Assembly (NCBI RefSeq): GCF_000143415.4
Contig: NW_003314423.1
Span: 1-9,977 of the forward strand
DNA: 9,977 nt
Source: Selaginella moellendorffii
Taxonomy: Eukaryota > Plantae > Lycopodiophyta
Direction of reading: 5' to 3'
Positions 1-6,721 of this stretch are shown piece by piece (position 1 is the first letter of the stretch; every line of letters starts with the position of its first letter). The translations under genes were made by a program, and so were the position numbers. The notes under the pieces are model-generated. The model was given only the letters and a program-made list of their open reading frames with translations, ran no database searches and was not told the origin of the DNA.

Positions 1-1897
1 TAATTGCTAGCATCTCCGGGGGCTGCCCGCTGCTATCCTCTCTGTGACCACTGAGGCGTTCCTGGAGTTCGTTTACTGCGGCGGTTTGATCAGTCAGGCA
101 CCTGCTGTTGGGAGGAGTGAGGACGCCGGTACGGTAGAGCATGTCCAATTGCTGGAAGTAGGGACAAGTCTTTGAATTCTCTGATCGCCGTTTGGAGCTG
201 TCCTTTGTCTTTCGGAAGTACTTGTTGATGTTCTCCCACTTCTCCTTGCAGCGCTTGGAGCTCCGGCTGTATCCCATATGTCCCATGCTTGTGGAGATCT
301 CCTCCCATAACGGGCCCTTAGCACCGGGCTCCTGGAACTTCGATTCCATCCCGCTCCTGAGACGAATCAAGGCGTGCACCTCCTGCTTTGGCCACCTCTT
401 GCTGTTGGGATCGAAGTGCTCTTTGAAGTCCTCATCCTGCAAGTCCGACTGCTGCTTTGCAACCGGAGTTATGGCTTGCGGAAGCTGCAGCGTCTGGCCA
501 GTCACTTTCTGCAGGAATGCCACGAGCGCAGCATCCCGGGTCGCCGCAACTGACCGCTCCTGCGACCGAAGCTCCTGCTCGCGCTGGATCCTCCCCAGCT
601 CATGCTTCCTCCATGCGTCATCCTTGAGCAGCCTGTCCTGCTCACGCCTGTCTATGGCCTCGAGAAACTTCCTGTGCATGGAATCCTGCTTGTCCATGAA
701 CTTGCGAATCAGGTTCTCGAGGAACAGCATCTGCGAAGCCCAAGACTTCCTCTTCCGCTTCCTCTTGTCGTTCCGGTCCGGTTCGTCGTACTCCTCGTCA
801 TCGGTATCCGAGAGCAAGTTCGCAGCGCCGTCGCTGTTCTCCGAAAATCTCTGGCCCGAGGAATTCGCTCCGTTGGTCGTCGTTGGCGCCATCCCACTTC
901 CGCTGGACAGGAGGAATGGCCCATTGCTGTGATCCTCGCCTTGCAGCAAATTCGCAGCGCCAGCTCCAACTGTGGCTGGGCCACCACCTGCTCCACTAGA
1001 ATTAGACCCATACAAAGCTTCCAATTGCGCAAAAAATCGGTAGCATTTTCCATCCTGTCTACCGGCTTTGCCACCTTTGGTTTTCTTGTAGTACTTGTGG
1101 ACGTTCTCAAACTTTTCCTTGCATTTTTTGGCGCTCCTCTGGAATCCCAGCTCGCCAAGCCTCCTGCGAGATCGTCACAAATGCTGGTCAGTCCAAAGAA
1201 GGAAGAATTTCTCACACAACGAGGACGCGAAAGTCCCTTTTTACACACACAAGAAGTATGAAGGCTTTACCTCGCCATGAGTGTGAATCTCATGGGTTTC
1301 AAGACAGGATCTCTCGCAAGCACGCAAGCAATGAAACAGGAGTTATGGGAGAGAGAAGCGAATTATATACCTGGAAACTTCTTCCCATAGCGGCGCCTTA
1401 AGACCAGAATCCCGGAAGTTTGCGTCCATCTCGGTCCGGATCCTTATCAGCGCCAATGTCTCCTGCCGCGGCCATCGATTGCCGCCAATTCCTCGCTCCT
1501 CGCCGGTGGTCTCGTCGTCGCCAATCGTCGTGAGCGTCTGCCTGTAGGCCGCGCTGCCGCTTGGAGATGGCCGCGTTGCGATGGGCGATGGCGCCTCGGC
1601 CGAGTCTGGGCTGAGTCCTAGCTGCTGGACGACTTGCTGCTGCTGCTGCTGCTGGGTGTGGAGGTGATGAGACTGCTGAATTCGCTGGTGTGATGCACTG
1701 GAGCTTTGGAGATGGTGGTGCGCCGCCGCCGCGGCCGCCACTGCTGCTACCGCGTGTTGCTGCTGCTGCTGCTGCTGCTGTGAGTGATGGATTTCCTGGG
1801 AAGAGATCGAGAACATGTGATGCGAGGCGTGGCCGCCGCCAGGCCCCCTCCCGACCACGAATTGCTGCACGTCGGGAGGAACTCCATACGTTTGCAT
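1..1897 (-). CDS. Trihelix transcription factor, GT-2 clade (GT-2/GTL1/DF1-like, two trihelix domains); 3'-partial, 2 exons (1897-1371, 1163-<1)
   Basis: ATG at 1897 (MQTYGVPPDVQQF...), then a Q/H/A-rich region and trihelix 1: GNRWPRQETLALIRIRTEMDANFRDSGLKAPLWEEVSR. A 207-bp GT..AG phase-2 intron (1370-1164) joins it in frame to RLGELGFQRSAKKCKEKFENVHKYYKKTKGGKAGRQDGKCYRFFAQLEAL. Next come an acidic/basic NLS-like DDEEYDEPDRNDKRKRKRK, the central coiled coil (FLENLIRKFMDKQDSMHRKFLEAIDRREQDR...RDAALVAFLQKVTG) and trihelix 2 (KRWPKQEVHALIRLRSGMESKFQEPGAKGPLWEEIS...KRCKEKWENINKYFRKTK...KTCPYFQQLDMLY). The frame stays open to position 1. Confidence 0.96.
1164..1370 (-). other. Spliceosomal intron (207 bp, phase 2) inside trihelix domain 1
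   Basis: Donor CAG|GTATAT at 1370, acceptor CGCAG| at 1164. Splicing restores LWEEVSR-RLGELG. Confidence 0.92.
1634..1654 (-). repeat. (CAG)6CAA coding microsatellite, poly-Gln Q7
   Basis: Plus strand reads ttg(ctg)6; translates as TQQQQQQQV in trihelix exon 1. Confidence 0.9.
1757..1780 (-). repeat. (CAG)7CAA coding microsatellite, poly-Gln Q8
   Basis: Plus strand reads ttg(ctg)7; translates as SQQQQQQQQH, followed by an Ala-rich run and HHH. Confidence 0.9.
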
Positions 1898-1937
1898 CCT
1901 CACGGACGCCAAAACGGAGCTAGCGAGCGCGTGTCGG

Positions 1938-1964
1938 TCAGATCGAGATGCCGCTTCTTTGCAT
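1938..1964 (-). promoter_or_regulatory. Upstream ORF (MQRSGISI*) in the trihelix 5' leader
   Basis: ATG CAA AGA AGC GGC ATC TCG ATC TGA on the minus strand, ending 40 nt before the main ATG at 1897. Confidence 0.5.
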
Positions 1965-2061
1965 CGATCGAAATGTCGCCAAGACGATTCCAATTCCGAT
2001 CGATCTGCTGCCGCGCAGCATTCACTGTATCTTTGGAGCTCCGCCGCGTGATATTACGGAG

Positions 2062-2093
2062 CTTCTCTTTCTCCTCTCTCGCTCTCTCTCTCT
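2062..2093. repeat. CT/GA-rich tract including (CT)6 at 2082-2093 (GAGA element)
   Basis: cttctctttctcctctctcgctctctctctct, ~170-200 bp upstream of the trihelix ATG. Confidence 0.6.
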
Positions 2094-2340
2094 GTGGCCG
2101 CGACGATTTGCGTTCTTTACTGGCAAAGATTGGAAAGAAGGACCGATTCGAGGGGAAAGATCAAAGATTCGAGGCGAGAGCAGCTAGATTGAGTGAAATC
2201 TCGATCGGGGACACACACGACAAACATCATATCACGGAACAATTCAAGAAAAGCGCTGCAGAAAAAAAACTCTGAAACAGTGGACTTCTCCGCGCCGGGA
2301 CCCTGCGATTCCAGTGTAGGGACACTTGAAAAAACTCGCT

Positions 2341-2414
2341 AAACCCTAATGATCACCGCGCTTCCTCCGCCATAGCCTCTCTCTCCGCTCACGCTCTACA
2401 TCATCAAACCCTAG
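2341..2414. promoter_or_regulatory. Two telo-boxes (AAACCCTAA 2341-2349; AAACCCTAG 2406-2414)
   Basis: Exact matches to the plant telo-box AAACCCTA. A third, inverted copy TAGGGTTT lies at 3416-3423. Function not shown. Confidence 0.5.
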
Positions 2415-2554
2415 CGAGGGCTAATCTACACAGCTGGAATAAATTTTTTTACATTCACTTAAAAAGAATGCTTTGCGTCGCGCGCACAAGAAGAAAGAGG
2501 CGAGGTGGAGGTGTAGCTATGGCGGAAAGAAAACCGGCTCAGCCAGGAAATTCG

Positions 2555-2841
2555 GCCACGTGTCGGTGGCGGGGCTCGCGACCGGTGGGTGCCGGTAACC
2601 GCCTCGCTCAAGAGCGTGGCCGGGAAACCGGCTGGGGTCGCCAAGAGGGCGGCCGGCCGGCCTGATTTCCCGACAGGTTTAAAGATAAACAACACCCGGG
2701 GTTTGGGGTTTGACCGGTGGCTGCCACGTGGCGGCATTTTCGTTGAACGCGCAGCCAACGGTCATTATTGTTAACTAATCCCGCGCGGGGCTGCCAGAGG
2801 CCCAACGTGCGTCGGCTTGAATGCGTGGCGGGATGACGTGG
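2555..2841. promoter_or_regulatory. G-box/ABRE and DRE/CRT motif cluster in the GC-rich trihelix upstream region
   Basis: GCCACGTGTC 2555-2564 overlapping ACCGAC (minus, 2567-2562); palindromic GCCACGTGGC 2723-2732; GCCGAC (minus, 2816-2811); TGACGTGG 2834-2841. Confidence 0.45.
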
Positions 2842-2845
2842 ATCC

Positions 2846-3515
2846 CACCTGGAATATCCCCTCCAACAGACATGGCAATGGAACTTCTGTGTGTTCCTCT
2901 TGTCACGAACAAGGCAAAGAATGCGAGGTTTTGGCTCTGGCGTTTAAGGAAATCTAGAGACCCATTTAGAAAAGAGAGAATTGCGTGTGTGGTGGTGGGT
3001 GGGTGAGAATGATCCCGAGTCAAATTCCATGGGCTCGGCAGCAGTACTTAGTGCACATTGATGGGGAGTACCACGCCCATGCAAACAGTGTGGGCCAACT
3101 TGCCCTACAACCAGGGGGGGCTCCGTGCCCTAGAAATTGGGCCCTGGCCATTCTATTTACTGGAGCCGCCCACATATTTTGTTTTGTCGTGTCCAGACTG
3201 GCCACTGGCCACATGCCATTCCCACCGCCTTGACATGGTCCACATTCATAGCTGGCGCGCGACCGGCCGGCCGGCCGGGCACTGGCGCAGCGTCCGTTCG
3301 TTTCGCCACCGTCCGATGGACACACCCGGAATATCCCCCACATTGATTTGGCTGTCAACTTCGATGCCATGGAATCAATCATGGATTGGACTGGCATCTG
3401 GAGAGATTCCAAGGGTAGGGTTTGTTGCAACGATGGCGATGGAGGATGTTAAGTATAACTTGCGAATCGCGATTTGGATGGTACTGGTGGATGACCTAAA
3501 AACTCCAGAATATGC
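2846..3515. promoter_or_regulatory. Three P1BS-type motifs (GNATATNC), two inside a duplicated 16-mer CACCYGGAATATCCCC
   Basis: GAATATCC at 2852-2859 and 3329-3336, GAATATGC at 3508-3515. The 16-mers at 2846-2861 and 3323-3338 match 15/16. Confidence 0.4.
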
Positions 3516-3948
3516 TAAAGTGAGGTTAACAAAATAACTGTTGACATCCATGTGAGAGGATTTGTCGTGGCATTTCTGGACAAATTGGCACGGCCGGCTT
3601 TGTTTGATTTAATCTACTATAAAATACGTGGTTAGTGGGGAAGCATGTTTCGCCGCCCCTCAAATCATCATGTGTTGGCGTAAACTATACGGGGGGAATG
3701 TAACACCGCAACACAACGAGGCCACCACCACGTAAGGTGGCCCACAAACCAAAATTCCAAGAAAAACCAAAAAAAAGGTTTTTTTTTTTTCTTTTTACTT
3801 TATAGGTTGATATTTTATACTCGAGATTGGCTTCATGTGCCACAGCCAATAATGTTCGTGGCCATGTGAGAAAAAGCCAAAGGTGGATTGGAAAAAATCA
3901 AACCAAAGCAAAACCCATGGGTCCCAAGGTTTGTGACACTTCCACGGG

Positions 3949-4386
3949 TTAAAATACTTGTATGCGATGCGTCTCGAGCGTGGCGGGCAAAAACAAAAGC
4001 GGGCTCGAATAACGTACGCGGGCACTTGGTACGAAGATCGAAGAAGCGCTTGCCATTCCTTGACTTTTAACTCTCTCGTGGTCCCCTGCTTTGGCCCCTC
4101 GCTGGTCGTACCATAGCTCAATAGCAAACGTACCAGCGATGATCGATGGAGGAACCGATGATCTGTATGATTGGAGCGATGATCTCTTCATCGTCTCCTT
4201 CTCTGGTAACGATTGTCTCGTCGCTTTCTCTTCGTTTGAATCAAAGCCTGTCTGGCTGTCGATCATGGACTGCTCGTCGAGTCCAAGTCGTGTGTGATCG
4301 ACTTCGCTGGCGTTGATCACTCTCGTTGCTTCATGCGTCTTGTCACGAGTGTTGTCTTCCTCCTCTTTCCCAGGAGCATTGTTCAT
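3949..4386 (-). CDS. Possible orphan ORF or unassigned exon (acidic/Ser-rich, disorder-like); hypothetical
   Basis: 145-codon ATG-initiated ORF. The first ~84 codons are hydrophilic (KEEEDNTRDK...DSNEEKATRQS), followed by a donor-like GCTG|GTACGT. No recognisable domain; in-frame TGA just upstream. Confidence 0.2.
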   Translation of the reverse strand: MNNAPGKEEEDNTRDKTHEATRVINASEVDHTRLGLDEQSMIDSQTGFDSNEEKATRQSLPEKETMKRSSLQSYRSSVPPSIIAGTFAIELWYDQRGAKAGDHERVKSQGMASASSIFVPSARVRYSSPLLFLPATLETHRIQVF

Positions 4387-4738
4387 GGAAGGAGACCACT
4401 CCGATTCAGTATTTCATCGCATGACGTCGCCTAGATTGACGTAAGGAAAAAAAAAAGAGAAGAAAGAGCTGTTTTTTTTTACCGTAGAGTAGTAGCGTGC
4501 CGTCAAGTGTACAGGACGTGTTCTTAGAGCGACAAAACCGATCGTTCTCTCCCACATTGAAGATTCTGACGTTACTACGAGATGAATCCAATCCGCACGC
4601 AATAATTGAGGTGGCCCTTTCCTCTCGATTCACTGCGCTGCTGAGGTCTCCGCGTTTTTGTCTTGTTGGAAACTGTGGCAGAAGATTGCTAGCGGAACCC
4701 GAATTTGTTTGCCACCCCGAGAGGAAACCAGAACAGCT

Positions 4739-6573
4739 TCACTTCTTCTTCTTCTTCTTGTCTTTCTTTCCACCCTTCTTATCCTTTTTCTTTTCCGGTT
4801 TCTCGGCGTCGACCGGTCCCAGCTTCAGCGTAAGCTGCAAGAATGAATAGAAATAGCACCCAGCATTACGTTACGTTACTGTGAAGTGAAGAATTTTTAC
4901 CTCCGAGAGAGCAACTTGTGCTGCAGTCCACTCGAGCTCTAGGCATGAAAGTTGATCGGACAGCAGGGCATTCTCCCTGCAAATGGCGGACACTTGCTCT
5001 GCGGTGGTTGCTCGCCACGTTGTTGTTTTCCCTGAAAGCTGCCCCCACTGCGGTCTCGGAGTCATTTGATTAACTTTGTTGGCAATCTCGTCGATCTCAG
5101 CTTGCGTCTCCGAAAGCTTGCCTTCCAATTCTAGCATTTCAACCTTTGCTGCGCAATATACAGTCTTCGGCACGCTGCAGGTGGTGACAAAAGTTTTAAC
5201 ATGCGAGTAGGAAATTCCAAACCTGTCAGACGCTTCCACACGTGCAGATTCAAGGAAGGACTGCGTGTGTTGCAACTCGTGGACCAGTTGGGAGTACTGA
5301 GCTCGTAGCTTCTCGTGCTTTTGCTTCTCGACATCCTGCAGCAAGTGAACCGTTGAAACGGCTGGCATCTAGAGCGATGACGTACCTTCTCGTATGCTAT
5401 CTCCCGAGCTTCCAGAACCAGCACTCTTGCTTTCTTCAAGTCTTTCTTCAAAACCCTCGACTTACCATGCAATATTTTCACCTGAAATGACCCAAAAGGA
5501 GGCTTTGAAAAGTGCAGTCAGCGAGTTTTCATGACATACCTTCGATTTCGCGGCTTCCAACAGGCTTATCGTGGTGTTTAGCTTAGTTTGCAAGTCATTG
5601 CTAACAGCTTCTGCTGCCTTTATCTGGTCCCTCAAAACCTGTCCAAGGCAAACAAGAATCTATGAAGCTGTAAACTAAACATACCTGTATGTGCTCTTCA
5701 ATACGGAGAATGTCGGCCTGCCTTGCTTGGAGCTCTTCTCTCCATTTCTGATGTTGCTCCTCCAACTCCTTGTTCTTTCCTTGCAGTCTATTAACGATCT
5801 CAAAGTACGGCAGCTGATAATGGCTCTTGTTAGACAAAACAGAGAAGGGACTTTTTAAGTACCTGTTCAAACGTCGGTGTAGTACCGGGTGGGACGACAT
5901 AATGGCTGAAGATGGCATGCTGAAGCTCGTCTTTTATATGAGACAGAACTCGAGAAAAGGGCATGCTTAGTTTGCATATCTCGTTGAAAATCTGCCATCT
6001 CAACGTGTGTTTTTCAGTTCTAGAAGAGGAAAAAAAGGAGAGCAAAAGTTACCTCCCAGCATACAGCAGTTCTGTGCACATCCGGAATTCCAGGCTCGCT
6101 CTCCCGCTCCTTGAGAAGCTCGGCGAGTTTCACCTGGAACAAAGAGTTCACAAAAAATCCCAGAAAGAAAAACTTGTTTGTTACCCAAAAGCAAGTGTGT
6201 GCACCTCACAGTACACTGCCGAGGACCGGAAATTCGCAGCGCAGGAGGATGGCTTCCTGTCCTCGCCGCTGCCCTCCTCGTCGGCGCAAATGCACCTCAC
6301 CACTTTGTCGTCGCTACCCGCCCTGCGCTTGTGCGATCGCTGGTCGCAGTGGCACTCGCGCTGCCCCAGCGATTTCACCTCGGACGACGGCGCCGACCTG
6401 ATGAGCCGCGGCGTCTTCTGCCGCGCCGTGGGCGGGAGGAGGCGGAGCAGCGCCTCGTGAAAGGAATGCACCGGCTTGCGCGTGAAATCCAGGCGCTCCT
6501 CCAGCGTCTTCTGGCTGATCTTGCTGATGGAGCCGCGCCGCGCGGGCGGCTTCATCTCCAGCGTGGGCAGCAT
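4739..6573 (-). CDS. Uncharacterised coiled-coil protein, TSNAXIP1 (translin-associated factor X-interacting protein 1)-like, ~461 aa, 9 exons
   Basis: Exons 6573-6205, 6133-6053, 5991-5863, 5813-5685, 5638-5540, 5481-5386, 5335-5223, 5174-4901, 4834-4739. The eight GT..AG introns (71, 61, 49, 46, 58, 50, 48, 66 bp) splice into one open frame ending KKDKKGGKKDKKKKKK-TGA. Motifs PDVHRTAVCWEIFNEICKLSMPFSRVLSHIKDEL, a long coiled coil, SVPKTVY and QMTPRPQW...TAEQV resemble my recollection of TSNAXIP1. The gene model is well supported; the family call is moderate. Confidence 0.8.
4742..4759 (-). repeat. (AAG)6 coding repeat, terminal poly-Lys
   Basis: Plus strand (ctt)6 directly adjoining the TGA stop at 4741-4739. 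Confidence 0.85.
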
Positions 6574-6721
6574 CGTCACGACCACACGCCACGAGCCCTA
6601 ACCTTCCGGAAGCCCTAGATTCCAAATTACGGCGGGAGACCACGAATATTCGCAATGTAAAACTTTTGTGTTGTTATTTCCAAAGAAGATACAAGATCTT
6701 TATACAAAAGTGTGAGTTCTA
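6574..6721 (-). promoter_or_regulatory. 148-bp spacer carrying the SPT5 3' end and the proximal promoter/5'UTR of the coiled-coil gene
   Basis: On the minus strand: TGA-TAG double stop, two TGTA, TATAAA (6704-6699), AATAAC, TCTCCCGCC (6639-6631), then ATG at 6573. Confidence 0.5.

Noticed and set aside
1898-1993. N-terminal extension MESSWRHF... in ORF 1343..1993
   Set aside because: It starts at TTG, a prokaryotic-style call. The first in-frame ATG is at 1897.
192-2275. Long plus-strand ORFs (192..932, 602..1261, 1690..1923, 1784..2275) and off-frame minus ORFs (90..308, 94..324, 709..1248)
   Set aside because: Antisense or alternate-frame shadows of the GC-rich trihelix gene. The true exon-2 frame is missing from the track because it has no stop inside the window.
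3363-3398. Imperfect hairpin GATGCCA...CAATC-ATG-GATTG...TGGCATC as a miRNA precursor
   Set aside because: Too short and interrupted for a plant pre-miRNA, and it matches no conserved miRNA I recognise.
2459-3537. Cluster of 60-160-aa ORFs on both strands
   Set aside because: No domain, no consistent splice structure and mostly non-ATG starts. Expected in GC-rich promoter DNA.
3720-3742. GGCCACC/GGTGGCC hairpin as a Helitron 3' end or MITE terminus
   Set aside because: No CTRR at the expected distance on either strand, and no TIR partner or target-site duplication.
3762-3790. AAAAACC-A8-GGTTTTT followed by a T run, resembling an intrinsic or Pol III terminator
   Set aside because: Eukaryotic context, a weak AT stem and no identifiable Pol III gene upstream. 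Ordinary poly(dA:dT).
4550-4559. TCCCACATTG resembling the plant snRNA upstream sequence element
   Set aside because: No TATA box at the required spacing and no snRNA-like sequence downstream.
4866-4879. TTACG TTACG TTAC micro-repeat
   Set aside because: Under three units, inside an intron; no array structure.
5963-6655. ORFs 5963..6460, 6111..6401, 6178..6618 (+) and 6314..6655 (-)
   Set aside because: Shadows of the GC-rich first exon of the coiled-coil gene. Only the 6573 frame splices into the downstream exons at the 6204 donor.
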